Positions 38,911 through 49,008 of a stretch of DNA of 64,000 nucleotides are shown here, in pieces. The notes below the pieces were generated by a model. It ran no database searches. It had not been told where the DNA came from and was given only the letters and a program-made list of their open reading frames with translations. Source of the DNA: a phage; sequence record OZ346201.1; one strand, written 5' to 3'. Position 1 is the first letter of the stretch; every line of letters starts with the position of its first letter. A program made the translations under genes and the position numbers.

Positions 38911-41900
38911 ATGCTTCCAATCCCTTTGCTAAAACTTGGTCGTCATTTCCTCGATAAGAGGGGTGGAATTAAGGAACTTGCTGTTCTGTCATACCCAATA
39001 GACAACAGTGATGGTACAAGCAACACAGTATCCTATGTAAATAGCTTGGCTATACTTTTTGATGATGGTCAGCTTAATATTACGGGCTATAACAAGTTCG
39101 GGGAGTGTCGCACTGGGGATCGTAACCCTATAAACTACCCAAGCGAAACAGCCTGGAATGTTGATCATGTGTGGAGAGCAGACCGTGCGTTTGTGATCCG
39201 GACTTTTGATAACCAGTTTTTCTACATCGGCTGCACTGCAGGTCTTATCGGATCCACTGCGGCAGGCGGTAATGATGTTTGCGTAAACGAGTGGACACCT
39301 CTTCCGGAACAGATTGTTAAAGGGTTGCACCTTGACACCCACCCAGAGCGCCTTATTGAGGTGATGGGTGGTATTAACAACACTGTCTGGGTTATTGCAG
39401 AGGCAGAAGGCACTGGCATACTTAAACTATATGGATCTGGTAACAACACCTACGGATCTTTGCATGTAGATAAAAATCAGCATGCAACCCCTGTAAAGAT
39501 TGGTGAGACATCGGAAAATCCGGAAACAGGTCCTTGGAAAAACCCAAGCATCAACTGCGAGGTGCATGACAACTCTGTTATTTTCGGTGGTCCTAGAGGC
39601 TTCTGGATTGCTGGATACGACTTTCTAAGAAATAACAGTAGAAACGACCTTGTTTGGCCTCCTGTGCAGATTACTCGTAACGATTTGAGGGGCATTCCTG
39701 CAGATGAAGAGTGGAAAGGGTTTATGTGCGGTCCTAACGGGGCAATAATTGCCACACAGAGGATGCACAAACCAAATGACCAGCAGCTTGTTAACGTATT
39801 CTACGGGCAAGACGTTTGGGGAGATGACACGTGGCGTTCCTTAAATATCACCTACACCCATGAGGTGATAATGGCTCGTGGATACGGCACAAGTGGCATT
39901 TTCTTCAATAATGGCACTAAACAGTATCGTGGATTCTCTCGCAACTTGTGTAATGATATTGGTGCACAATCTGCAAACAATAGCCCTAGGGCTAATTTTA
40001 TCCACTATCAGGCTCTTGCTACAGCTAAATATGTTGAGCAACGCCTGCCAGTTAGCTGGACAGAGAGTGTTTATTTCCAAGGCATCCACAGGGAAGGTTT
40101 CTTAGGAACCTTTACTGTTGTTAATGGCAAACTTTGGTGGTCAGGCATCCCAAGGGGGAGTTTTGCAGGATCTAACAACCTCTTTGGCGGCAGACTTAAC
40201 AGCCAAGGGTTCACAGAGATTCCGGAGAATTGGTATAAAAATGTCCCGGTAGATAGCTGGGGTATCGAAGACATCTTTGATGTCAATGGTGTGAGCAATG
40301 TTAGCAACATTTACATCGGAGATACTGTCAAGATGAAATTGAAACCTCAGCCGGAGGGTGCTACGTTCATTATTGACAAGATTGAGTTGGTAAATGCTGC
40401 AGGCACTGTTGTTACAGATGCAAACTATCAGTTCTCCACTAACTGGAACCATGGTGGTGCTAACGAAGTTGTGGTCACCCAGTATAACCGTAACATCAAC
40501 AGACGTGGTTTGTATTCTATCAAGATCACCTACCATGACAAGCATGGCACTGGAAGAACCTATACGACAAGAACTTTGAACTGGAACACTATAGTTCCTG
40601 CGTATCCGTCCAACGGCAAGTGGCATACCGTTGGTAGAAACAAGCAGTTCCATGTTAACGATACTGTATACTTTGGGCTGAATGGGACCCAGCCTGCAGT
40701 AGAAGGGGATACATCGTATATGGTCAGACTCCACAGAATGGATGCTGGATCAGTCACTTATGATGTGACCCAAGAGATCTACGATCAAAGACGTGCCACG
40801 TATGACAATATTGTAAAAACACAAGCCTTGTGGGAGTTCAATCCTAATGGCAAGGGTGGTAAAATGTTGCAGGTTAATGAGCAGAACGGAACGTCGTTGA
40901 CTGTTCACGAACACCCAGACCCTTGGCCTGATCCTGGAAAACCTCGCCCGGGAGCTCGTACACTGAAAATTGTCAGCCATGATGCAGGATATTTCGGAAT
41001 ACGCTGGGAAGCTACAGTAAGATATGTCGACGGGACAACAAACAACATAGGGATTACACTTGGCGGCACTAGTGAAGATAACTCGCTGAAAATTGCCTAC
41101 ACGCCCAGAGGTATCTCTATTGATAGTATGGATGTTGTTCGCAATGGCTACGGCGATGTGAATGTCAAAGTTACTCTTGGCGAACATCTTGGTGGGGAAA
41201 GGATCATCATGTATACCTTTGATCATGATCCACGCACCAATGGAACTTATGCAAATCAGGCATGGAGTTACCTGATAAATGCACCTGAGCCGAATACTAA
41301 AGAGTTCTACTATGGTATGAAGCGAGATGTGTGCAAGAAAACAGGAACACATGACTGGATTGCTATCTGCGTTAAAGATGAGCGCACAGCTTGGGATGAG
41401 CCTGTTAACAGATGGTTCATAGGTATTCCTACCAGAAGTGATAAGTATGTCGCAGAATATATTGTATGCATGGGCGGTACCAACCTAAACATGTGTTGGA
41501 ACGAAGATGTAAACAAATACTCTGATTATGACTATATGAGGGATTACTCTTGTAATTTGTGGTTTAACCAAACTACAGGTTACCCTCCAAGACAGGCGAG
41601 AGTAAACCCTGCAATCTTCACAGACACGCAGGTTTTCTTGACAAAACAGGCCAACGAGGTTCAGACCTTCAAGAATAAATACGCTCCTAACAAGTGGTTC
41701 TACAACTGTTACGGCGCATTTTTCTGGGGACCTGGTGAGTTACCTGGTGGGGGATCTTGCTTGAATGAGGCAACTTACGCAAGTGACTACATCATGGGGC
41801 AGGTCAAGAAGTATAAGATAATCCCCGGTCCTGAGACTTTGGGCAATGCCGTTGACCCTTATATCATCATGACTGCACTGAGATCAAACATGGATGGGAC

Positions 41901-44547
41901 ATCCATGTCCATGCAAATTCCGGTAACAAACGGATACAAACGTGTTGTGATGATCATTAAGTGCGACCTGATAGGTAAACAAGTTCTTGCAGAAAACGGG
42001 ACATCCACACATCCTTTTGAGATCGCTCTGCACTATCAGTTTGCTGACTCACCTTTTGCAGGGGATAAGAGAATATCTGATACAGACGCACAGCGTTGTA
42101 AGAAAGTATTGTTGGGTGCAGGTTGGTGGTGGTATGAGTTTGATTTAACAGACAAATTCACCGACACGTCTAAAGTTGTAACAGGACTTCGTCTAGACCT
42201 TGGCGAGAACATGCACAAAGCTGTTTGTGATGGCACCTATGGTGACCCTACAATATACCTAAAATATGTTTCTTTTGAGCATCCGGAAGATGTTGTCTAC
42301 GGTCCAAAACTGAGATTGTTTGGCAGCTGGATTGCAAAAGATAGGGTAGGCATGGGTAAGAAGGTAAGAGGGCTCTTGGTTGATGCAGGAACAGAAGACA
42401 TGCTGGTTAATGCAGTGTGGCCTGAATTACCTGGGACTCAGTGGGACAACTCAGCCAAATCTATAAACTGGTTTAACATTCATAGGGCCATGTGGACCAC
42501 TAACTGCTACTTGTGGAGAGAGCTTAACGATCAGGCCTTTGGATTCAGCGATGGTAGAAGGATGGCGATCATTTGCTGGACAACACTGCAAAGATGTTAT
42601 GACCATGACTATGAGATTGGGGGCAGGGCATGGAAAAATATCAGGGATAGAATCATAACCAATTTTGCAGACGACAACGGTGGTGGAGCACATAACTTTG
42701 GCACAAGCCGACTCATCCATTTGAACGGATCCTCAGCCTACAAGAAAGAAGGTTACTCTGGGTCTATGATCGAGTGGGGTCTGGTGAAAGATGCTCGCGT
42801 ATTGATGGGCCAGCAACTTGCTGCCGCAATAGGTCCCAGCGCAGTGCAGTCGGTTAAACCAGCGTGGTTCGATATTCCATTGTGGTCACCCGGAACACCG
42901 GGAACTGCTGCAATCAACCCTACCACTGGGGATCTAGAAATCTCCTGGGAGGACTTGAAGCAGGTCGGTGGTTGGGACAAAACAGGGTACCAGGTTCAGT
43001 GGTGGAGAGCTGATGGATCTTTAGCTGCTGATGAGTTTGTTAAGGACAATTTCTACACTATGTCCTCTGCAAAAGCACAGCAATTATTTGGTCAGGCAAC
43101 TCCGTCAACGATCACCATGTCTATGTGCTGTAAAGACAACAGGACTGGAGCTTTGGGGCCAAGGGTTGCTAAAGTTTTCTCAGGTATTAAATGGAATCTA
43201 CCTGTCCAAAGTATTTCATGGAAGCAAATAGGTGATAACAAGCTGCTGGTTACCCCTGCCTGTCAGTTCAACGCAACTCTTAACGTTGATCCTGCTGTTG
43301 CGGCAAACTCAGCTAAAGCTTCTGACTTCTCTGTGTCTAACACTGCTATGGCAGATGTGAGGAAGATTGACACGCTGAACGCCAGAATTACCTGTAAAAA
43401 CACTTATGGCACATTCCAGATCATCAACAACTTCACAGATGCTGATTCTAAGGTAGTGAGGACAGCAAGCCAGACTTTGAGTTTAGGAACTCTGGCCTAT
43501 GCGGCCCTAATCACTGAACAGTCGGCAACACTCCAAGGAGGTGGTGTAGGCAAGTCCATTACAACACCTGTGTGGAAGCCAAATGAGTGGGTTGTGTTTG
43601 ATTTGACTGTGGACTTCTCCAGCGATAATAACTGGACATGGGTAAGGAATTGTTTGTCACAGTTGATGGGCGGTCCAAGCTCCGTTAGTGATAGTCACGA
43701 CTCTACTGACCCGAGTGTGTTCCAGGTAGGTAAAACTCACCCAGAGACTGGAGAAACGTTGCCTGACAGGAAGTATGCTTTGGTTTGCATCTCTTACGGG
43801 AAGGCAGATGTCACCTTCTCAGGGACACACACTTATAACGGAACCTACAACTTCTCAAGGAAGTATAGTCTCAAAGCAGGGAACATTATAGACGAGGTTG
43901 GTGTGCTGTATAATCCGGGCAACGGCATAGGGATTGTTGGTGGTAAACTGCAGATGCAGGAACCTTCTATTACCCCTTCCAACGTATCCGGGATTAGAAA
44001 GACTTGGGAAAGTAGTAATACCAACATTGCAACAGTGGATGCCACCACAGGACTGGTAACATTTAAAGCTACTGGGAATGTCACCATAAAGTTTGTAGTT
44101 ACAGATGATGCAGGGCGCAAAACGTCTTCAACATCTTTTACTGTCAAACAGATGGCACCACAGTGGAGAATGTGGATAGGTACAGCAACAAACGGGGCAT
44201 ACCCTAATCCGGCAGGTACTTCTGGTATGAAGACTTTCTCTACAAGCAAACCGATGGAGTACGGCAGCGGTCCTAAGGTAGGGCAGATGGTGTACTTTGG
44301 TGCGTATATTCCTGAAATTATAGGGCTTCCGAGAAGTCAGCTTCAGTTGCTGTTTGGGGCTGGTGTTGACGATCTTGCCACTTTCGGGTATAGCGACAAC
44401 ATCGAGGCTGCAAGGAGTTCAGGATGGGTAGGGTTCAGAATGGAGTCTGGAAAGGAAGGCAGGATTCTAGGGACAGCCTCTATAGGTGTTATGTTCCCTG
44501 GTGACCAGCAGTATCGTCTAGAAGCCTACGCAACCTTTTCTCGTTAA
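38911..44547 (+). CDS. giant virion-associated multidomain protein (Ig-like and FN3-like domains)
   Basis: 1878 aa, RBS GGAGAA; C-terminal Big_2-like segment (SNVSGIRKTWESSNTNIATVDATTGLVTFKATGNVTIKFVVTDDAGRKTSSTSFTV); FN3-like region (PGTPGTAAINPTTGDLEISWEDL...GYQVQWW); last gene of the late block. Confidence 0.55.
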   Translation: MLPIPLLKLGRHFLDKRGGIKELAVLSYPIDNSDGTSNTVSYVNSLAILFDDGQLNITGYNKFGECRTGDRNPINYPSETAWNVDHVWRADRAFVIRTFDNQFFYIGCTAGLIGSTAAGGNDVCVNEWTPLPEQIVKGLHLDTHPERLIEVMGGINNTVWVIAEAEGTGILKLYGSGNNTYGSLHVDKNQHATPVKIGETSENPETGPWKNPSINCEVHDNSVIFGGPRGFWIAGYDFLRNNSRNDLVWPPVQITRNDLRGIPADEEWKGFMCGPNGAIIATQRMHKPNDQQLVNVFYGQDVWGDDTWRSLNITYTHEVIMARGYGTSGIFFNNGTKQYRGFSRNLCNDIGAQSANNSPRANFIHYQALATAKYVEQRLPVSWTESVYFQGIHREGFLGTFTVVNGKLWWSGIPRGSFAGSNNLFGGRLNSQGFTEIPENWYKNVPVDSWGIEDIFDVNGVSNVSNIYIGDTVKMKLKPQPEGATFIIDKIELVNAAGTVVTDANYQFSTNWNHGGANEVVVTQYNRNINRRGLYSIKITYHDKHGTGRTYTTRTLNWNTIVPAYPSNGKWHTVGRNKQFHVNDTVYFGLNGTQPAVEGDTSYMVRLHRMDAGSVTYDVTQEIYDQRRATYDNIVKTQALWEFNPNGKGGKMLQVNEQNGTSLTVHEHPDPWPDPGKPRPGARTLKIVSHDAGYFGIRWEATVRYVDGTTNNIGITLGGTSEDNSLKIAYTPRGISIDSMDVVRNGYGDVNVKVTLGEHLGGERIIMYTFDHDPRTNGTYANQAWSYLINAPEPNTKEFYYGMKRDVCKKTGTHDWIAICVKDERTAWDEPVNRWFIGIPTRSDKYVAEYIVCMGGTNLNMCWNEDVNKYSDYDYMRDYSCNLWFNQTTGYPPRQARVNPAIFTDTQVFLTKQANEVQTFKNKYAPNKWFYNCYGAFFWGPGELPGGGSCLNEATYASDYIMGQVKKYKIIPGPETLGNAVDPYIIMTALRSNMDGTSMSMQIPVTNGYKRVVMIIKCDLIGKQVLAENGTSTHPFEIALHYQFADSPFAGDKRISDTDAQRCKKVLLGAGWWWYEFDLTDKFTDTSKVVTGLRLDLGENMHKAVCDGTYGDPTIYLKYVSFEHPEDVVYGPKLRLFGSWIAKDRVGMGKKVRGLLVDAGTEDMLVNAVWPELPGTQWDNSAKSINWFNIHRAMWTTNCYLWRELNDQAFGFSDGRRMAIICWTTLQRCYDHDYEIGGRAWKNIRDRIITNFADDNGGGAHNFGTSRLIHLNGSSAYKKEGYSGSMIEWGLVKDARVLMGQQLAAAIGPSAVQSVKPAWFDIPLWSPGTPGTAAINPTTGDLEISWEDLKQVGGWDKTGYQVQWWRADGSLAADEFVKDNFYTMSSAKAQQLFGQATPSTITMSMCCKDNRTGALGPRVAKVFSGIKWNLPVQSISWKQIGDNKLLVTPACQFNATLNVDPAVAANSAKASDFSVSNTAMADVRKIDTLNARITCKNTYGTFQIINNFTDADSKVVRTASQTLSLGTLAYAALITEQSATLQGGGVGKSITTPVWKPNEWVVFDLTVDFSSDNNWTWVRNCLSQLMGGPSSVSDSHDSTDPSVFQVGKTHPETGETLPDRKYALVCISYGKADVTFSGTHTYNGTYNFSRKYSLKAGNIIDEVGVLYNPGNGIGIVGGKLQMQEPSITPSNVSGIRKTWESSNTNIATVDATTGLVTFKATGNVTIKFVVTDDAGRKTSSTSFTVKQMAPQWRMWIGTATNGAYPNPAGTSGMKTFSTSKPMEYGSGPKVGQMVYFGAYIPEIIGLPRSQLQLLFGAGVDDLATFGYSDNIEAARSSGWVGFRMESGKEGRILGTASIGVMFPGDQQYRLEAYATFSR

Positions 44548-44561
44548 CAAGGGGGTAAATA

Positions 44562-44592
44562 AAAAGGGGCCAAACGGCCCCTTTCTTTTTAT
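44562..44592. terminator. bidirectional intrinsic terminator between convergent blocks
   Basis: AGGGGCC-AAAC-GGCCCCT flanked by A-run on one side and T-run on the other, so it works on both strands. Confidence 0.65.
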
Positions 44593-44594
44593 AG

Positions 44595-44795
44595 TTAGTA
44601 ATACTCCCAACATGCCCCATCTTCAGACGGCTTGACGCGCTTACCTTTATGGTCAACATAGGTATAGCCACAACCTTCACAAATAACAGGTGCTGCATAG
44701 CCTTCCTTCCACTGATCCTCAGTGATCAATCCTTTCAGATCTCCGCAGTCACGACCAAACAACTCTTCAGAACAGTCTTTACAAAAATCAGCCAT
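44595..44795 (-). CDS. small zinc-ribbon protein
   Basis: 66 aa with CxxC(5-8)...CxxC pairs (CKDC...C; CEGC...C). Confidence 0.45.
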   Translation of the reverse strand: MADFCKDCSEELFGRDCGDLKGLITEDQWKEGYAAPVICEGCGYTYVDHKGKRVKPSEDGACWEYY

Positions 44796-44864
44796 CTCTA
44801 TCAGTCTCCATATTTAACCAATCTATATTACATATTGCCGAAGAAACAGTATTTCATTTCATCA

Positions 44865-45083
44865 TCACAGATCTCCAACAACTTCCCAAATACCCCAGTG
44901 AGCATCTATATCCTTGATAAAGTATCTTTCTCCACGGTTTGTCCACACACCTATCCCAACTTTACCATCTATCCCATTGTATACATCTGCCTCATACTCT
45001 TTGCCCGGTGTAAAGTGTACACCCATCATAAGGGCTGTTATTCCATTAGGATTTTTAAATTTAACAAATTTTACTTTGCTCAT
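44865..45083 (-). CDS. hypothetical protein
   Basis: 72-aa ORF co-directional with neighbours. Confidence 0.35.
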   Translation of the reverse strand: MSKVKFVKFKNPNGITALMMGVHFTPGKEYEADVYNGIDGKVGIGVWTNRGERYFIKDIDAHWGIWEVVGDL

Positions 45084-45084
45084 A

Positions 45085-45414
45085 TTACTTAATCCTTGCA
45101 GTTACAGTAGCGCTATACCCCATGTAGTTATGAGACATAAAGAATGTAAGCCCTTTAAGTTCAGGATTCTTTCTAAGAAATCGTTTCAATTTTCGAATGC
45201 AATTAACACCATGATCATAGTTTGAGAAATTAAATTTAATACCCTGCTCCATCATAGTGCACACTTCTCCATGGGTATGCCATTGTCTATCGTGGTCACA
45301 AAACCAGTAACCAATACCTTCTTTTTCTTGGATATGCAATCCCCAAAATACTTTATGCATTGGATATTTTGGTTTTCTACCATGATAATGTAGTTTAATA
45401 TTCACATGTGCCAT
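45085..45414 (-). CDS. hypothetical His/Cys-rich protein
   Basis: 109 aa rich in His, Cys and Trp (possible metal binding). Confidence 0.4.
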   Translation of the reverse strand: MAHVNIKLHYHGRKPKYPMHKVFWGLHIQEKEGIGYWFCDHDRQWHTHGEVCTMMEQGIKFNFSNYDHGVNCIRKLKRFLRKNPELKGLTFFMSHNYMGYSATVTARIK

Positions 45415-45448
45415 TTTTTTGTTACTCCGTTCTGTATCTGTGATAATG

Positions 45449-45478
45449 AGAATAGCAAACTGGGGTGTGTGCTGTCAA
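45449..45478 (-). promoter_or_regulatory. possible sigma70-like promoter TTGACA-N18-TATTCT (minus strand)
   Basis: In the 170-nt intergenic gap upstream of the 45414 start; reverse-complement read. Confidence 0.3.
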
Positions 45479-45583
45479 CAACATTTTTAAGCGTTTTGGG
45501 GAAGTTTTTTGAAAGGTGGGTGTAATCACAAGAGAGGGTGGAGTTATTGAAGGCACAGGCCTCTTTTGAGGCCTTAAAATCGA

Positions 45584-45964
45584 TTATGACACTTTGACGT
45601 AGCGCTCTGACAGAGCTGGAAAGCCAAAAGCAGTACCTATACTACCGTATGCTACCCACCATTGAAGTTCATCGTGACACCATTTTCCGATCAGGAAGGT
45701 GCTGGAGTAGCGGGTCAGTATTTTGGCATAAGCTTTAGGGTCTGCATCTTCTGGGATAATGATACTTGGAACATCTTTGTTATGGCCACAGCAGCAGTTT
45801 AGAGTTTTCAATCCTGCCGCCCATAGACTCATGATAGGCTTAGCCATGCACTTATCAAGGCACACACGTTTTTTGCCGTCACGGAGCTTTTTAGGCACAT
45901 CAACGATAACATTTTGATGCTTGGCACCTTTCACTTTCCAATTATAGGATTTACACTTGCACAT
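45584..45964 (-). CDS. hypothetical Cys-rich protein
   Basis: 126 aa, multiple Cys clusters (MCKCK..., CLDKC, NCCCGH, WCHD). Confidence 0.4.
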   Translation of the reverse strand: MCKCKSYNWKVKGAKHQNVIVDVPKKLRDGKKRVCLDKCMAKPIMSLWAAGLKTLNCCCGHNKDVPSIIIPEDADPKAYAKILTRYSSTFLIGKWCHDELQWWVAYGSIGTAFGFPALSERYVKVS

Positions 45965-45994
45965 TTAATCAGTCTCCATCTAGAAAGCAATACT

Positions 45995-46165
45995 TTACTT
46001 AAAATCTTTGTCACCTATTACGATTGCACGAATCCACTCATTGTGATGTTCAATGGCGGTAAGGTGTAACATAATGCAGTGATTGTCATTACCAAACACG
46101 GTGCGGTAAGCTTTAGCAGCACCATGATATAACTTCCACATCAGGTAATGATATCTTCGCCTCAT
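45995..46165 (-). CDS. small hypothetical protein
   Basis: 56-aa ORF (MRRRYHYLMWKLYHGAAKAYRTVFGNDNHC...), start overlapping the upstream stop (ATGA); below the ORF-track length cutoff; coordinates +/-2. Confidence 0.25.
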   Translation of the reverse strand: MRRRYHYLMWKLYHGAAKAYRTVFGNDNHCIMLHLTAIEHHNEWIRAIVIGDKDFK

Positions 46166-46641
46166 GGCTCTTTCTCCGGTTCAGGATCTGGGTAATCTTC
46201 AATAATAAAGGGCCATCCGTTCCGCTTAGCCTCAGACTTGTACTCAATCTCCTTCATTGCAAACTCTAACTGATTTTTAGCCGGAATACATGCCGGAGAA
46301 TCATCAACCCAGATATCTGGGTAGATATCAAACTGCGCCAGGTAGGATGCCTTCTGAACACCGCCAGTATAAAACACACCAACATCGAGCTCCTTGCGCC
46401 AATACTCAATGTCCACATTGTCTTGAGTAATGAATCGGAAAGTCACAAGGTATACTGTCCACCCCTCCTTCTTCAGGTCCCTGATCAGGCGGGAGAAGAT
46501 GAACGGACTCGCATTGAACGTTCCATCAAAGTCAATGGCAATGATGTGTGTGCCGTGGCGAGTCTCATATGGATTGCTTGTGGTAAGATTGCTGTAGTTA
46601 AAAGGAACTTCTTCCCCGCAGTAGCTGTAGTCCATATTCAC
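46162..46641 (-). CDS. putative HAD-superfamily phosphatase
   Basis: 159 aa; N-terminal IIAIDFDGTF fits HAD motif I (hhhDxDGT). Confidence 0.35.
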   Translation of the reverse strand: MNMDYSYCGEEVPFNYSNLTTSNPYETRHGTHIIAIDFDGTFNASPFIFSRLIRDLKKEGWTVYLVTFRFITQDNVDIEYWRKELDVGVFYTGGVQKASYLAQFDIYPDIWVDDSPACIPAKNQLEFAMKEIEYKSEAKRNGWPFIIEDYPDPEPEKEP

Positions 46642-46913
46642 ACCTTCTCGTTGATAAATTTACGGGCGGTTTGGTGAGTTGTTTCTGCTGTCTTCAGAAT
46701 GATATTAATTTTATTGTCAAGATCATTCATCTCTGCAGTTAATTCAGGAATCTCTCCGGCATGCATAGTGAAATCATACATAGACATGCCCAGAATCTCA
46801 TTGATGCGGCGGTTGCATTCTGCAGCACGCTGGTTCATTTTCCAAGCTAACACCAAAGCCTCCTGCGTAGCCTCTAGTGCAAAATCTAATACATCGGCCT
46901 CTTCTTTCGTCAT
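46638..46913 (-). CDS. hypothetical protein
   Basis: 91 aa, helical; overlaps the downstream gene start by 4 nt. Confidence 0.4.
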   Translation of the reverse strand: MTKEEADVLDFALEATQEALVLAWKMNQRAAECNRRINEILGMSMYDFTMHAGEIPELTAEMNDLDNKINIILKTAETTHQTARKFINEKV

Positions 46914-46968
46914 CTCAGTCTCTCCTGTTGTATTGTTGGTAGGTGCATGAACACCTTATATCTCACTT

Positions 46969-47535
46969 TTATTCAAACTGCAATAGTAAGTCCACCACCG
47001 CGCTAGGTCTGTCAACAAATTCCCCAGGTCCACATGCCCACAGAGGGTATCCGTCTACATACCGCCAAATCCAACCTGCAGTGTGGAGTTCGAGCAGGGC
47101 AGTACCGTCCTTACTGTCAACCACTCTTTCCCACAGTGTTGGGCAGCGAAGCTTGAGAATCGGATCACCTCCCTTATACCCGTCCATGTAGATACCCATT
47201 GCAAAGTTCAGCATCATCTTTTTGTGCACTGATCTCTTACTGAGGGTGCTCATCACTTCCTCTTTGTGAATGTTTGTAAGCTTCTCTTTGGCTACCCGCA
47301 GATCGTTGCAACCATTGTTCAGCAGATCTTCCAGACACTTGATCCGGAGGTCGTGAATGTCTTTGTCGTGTACCGTTGGCACAGGGTCGTAGCGGTATAG
47401 CACTGTTGATACAAGGTTGCTCGGGTGTGGGTCTGACAGCAACCCATAACCCCAATACTCTTCTGTATCTGAAAGGACAAGACACCCAATGTCTCTGTCA
47501 AGCTTTCCTGTGTTGTAAGCCACATTGACCGCCAT
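46969..47535 (-). CDS. hypothetical protein
   Basis: 188-aa ORF, no motif recognised. Confidence 0.4.
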   Translation of the reverse strand: MAVNVAYNTGKLDRDIGCLVLSDTEEYWGYGLLSDPHPSNLVSTVLYRYDPVPTVHDKDIHDLRIKCLEDLLNNGCNDLRVAKEKLTNIHKEEVMSTLSKRSVHKKMMLNFAMGIYMDGYKGGDPILKLRCPTLWERVVDSKDGTALLELHTAGWIWRYVDGYPLWACGPGEFVDRPSAVVDLLLQFE

Positions 47536-47537
47536 GA

Positions 47538-47783
47538 CTATAGCTCCACTAGCAAAGTGCTTTCAAAGTGCCGTTCATGCAGACCGTTGTAAGGGACCAC
47601 TTCCACAACACCATCACGGACATACGGGGCCATCATAGTGGTATAATCTCCAAACGGGTTGGTATTGTCACTAACCACAACCACCTTCTGCCCTTCCTTG
47701 GCAGAGTGCCAAATAGATCTACACTTCATCAGGTGTTCGAGAGCTCCAGGTAAAATTTTGTTACGTTCTTTACGGGTCTTCAT
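47538..47783 (-). CDS. hypothetical protein
   Basis: 81-aa ORF, tightly packed with neighbours. Confidence 0.35.
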   Translation of the reverse strand: MKTRKERNKILPGALEHLMKCRSIWHSAKEGQKVVVVSDNTNPFGDYTTMMAPYVRDGVVEVVPYNGLHERHFESTLLVEL

Positions 47784-48229
47784 AACAGATATAGCTCCTT
47801 ATGAAAGTGGTCTTTTAATTTCTCACTGAGAAACTTCTTGATACCTTCCTCTAAAGTGTTTTCGATGTAGTCCAGCTTAACTGCTTCGATGGACATATCA
47901 TAGATTGCCAGCTCTAAGCTGTCAAGTCCCATCATAGCATGAACCATAAGATTTTCATCTTCAGATACATTCAGGGGACTTCCTATAACATCTGGAGGCA
48001 GAATAGTTTCCCAATTATTCTGGGTGGTAGTTCTCCCGCCATCTACTTTACGGCGCAGTTCGAATGTGTTCTTAGTGTAGAACACTTCATAAGAAACGAT
48101 ACGACTGTCACTCTCATAATAAACGAAGTTCAGGTAGGAGCCTAGCCGCAGTCGGCAAACTTCCACCCCAAACCATTGTTTCTTATAAGAATTCAGGCTA
48201 ATGCTGTCGCATTCACGTTTGCTCAACAC
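47780..48229 (-). CDS. hypothetical protein
   Basis: 149-aa ORF. Confidence 0.4.
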   Translation of the reverse strand: MLSKRECDSISLNSYKKQWFGVEVCRLRLGSYLNFVYYESDSRIVSYEVFYTKNTFELRRKVDGGRTTTQNNWETILPPDVIGSPLNVSEDENLMVHAMMGLDSLELAIYDMSIEAVKLDYIENTLEEGIKKFLSEKLKDHFHKELYLL

Positions 48230-48245
48230 GGCTATCTCCTTTTTG

Positions 48246-48480
48246 TTAATCTTCGTAAATCAGGATTTCTGCTTTAGGTTTTCGTGCTTTCAGGTCCAGC
48301 TCTATCCAGTGCACCATAGCTGTTTCAAGAAAAACAGCTTGGATGCATCCGTCCTCAGCGTGCCCCCACCAACATAACGAGATCTTCACCTTCGTCATCT
48401 GCATCACGAACATAAAGAATCTCTCCAGATTCGAAGTCTTTCACAACCTGATTGCTAGATAATTTTCGAATTTTTGCCAT
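48246..48480 (-). pseudogene. frameshifted fourth copy of the 87-aa tandem paralogue family
   Basis: ATG after GAGGG gives 41 aa (MAKIRKLSSNQVVKDFESGEILYVRDADDEGEDLVMLVGAR*); the family's C-terminal signature (...ELDLKARKPKAEILIYED) continues in another frame after a GGGGG run. Confidence 0.45.
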
Positions 48481-48481
48481 A

Positions 48482-48745
48482 TCAGAAACCCTCTAAAAAG
48501 CTCTTGTAGAAAACAATCTCAGTATCCACACCAGTCACAATCTTGTCGTTCCTGATTTCATCGGTAAGATAGGTGTCAAAACGCAGAACCTGTGTGGTGT
48601 TGTCACACATCCACTCAGCTGTGACCATTGCGAAAATCTTAGCATCTTCATTATCTGGTGTGAATGTTACCACCTCACCGCACTTAAACTTTTCGATAGG
48701 CTGAGTGTTAGCTTTCGGTTCTGCGATAGTGATTTTTGTGGTCAT
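48482..48745 (-). CDS. small protein, tandem paralogue 3 of 4
   Basis: 87 aa; shares G(T/E)VV.F..D...D......V...FD....LP....VTE.D..I.ILGE pattern; start overlaps upstream stop (TAATG). Confidence 0.5.
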   Translation of the reverse strand: MTTKITIAEPKANTQPIEKFKCGEVVTFTPDNEDAKIFAMVTAEWMCDNTTQVLRFDTYLTDEIRNDKIVTGVDTEIVFYKSFLEGF

Positions 48746-49008
48746 TATTCTCCTCCTTCTTTTGAATAGCTTGTCTCTCCAAGGATGGTAATTTTGGTGT
48801 CAAGCTCTGTAACTTTCATGTTTGGCGGCAGATCGTACAACTCATTATTTTCTAAATCGAACCCCCACACACAATGTTCTCCTGTTTTGACAATCATAAC
48901 TATGTTTTGAATGCCGTCTCCGTCGCAACTTACCACGGTCCCACACGGAAAACTGTCTGCACGCTTTTTGTTCTTCACCTTAGAATTGAATACAATGCTG
49001 GTAGCCAT
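48745..49008 (-). CDS. small protein, tandem paralogue 2 of 4
   Basis: 87 aa, same family; TAATG overlap with the upstream gene. Confidence 0.5.
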   Translation of the reverse strand: MATSIVFNSKVKNKKRADSFPCGTVVSCDGDGIQNIVMIVKTGEHCVWGFDLENNELYDLPPNMKVTELDTKITILGETSYSKEGGE

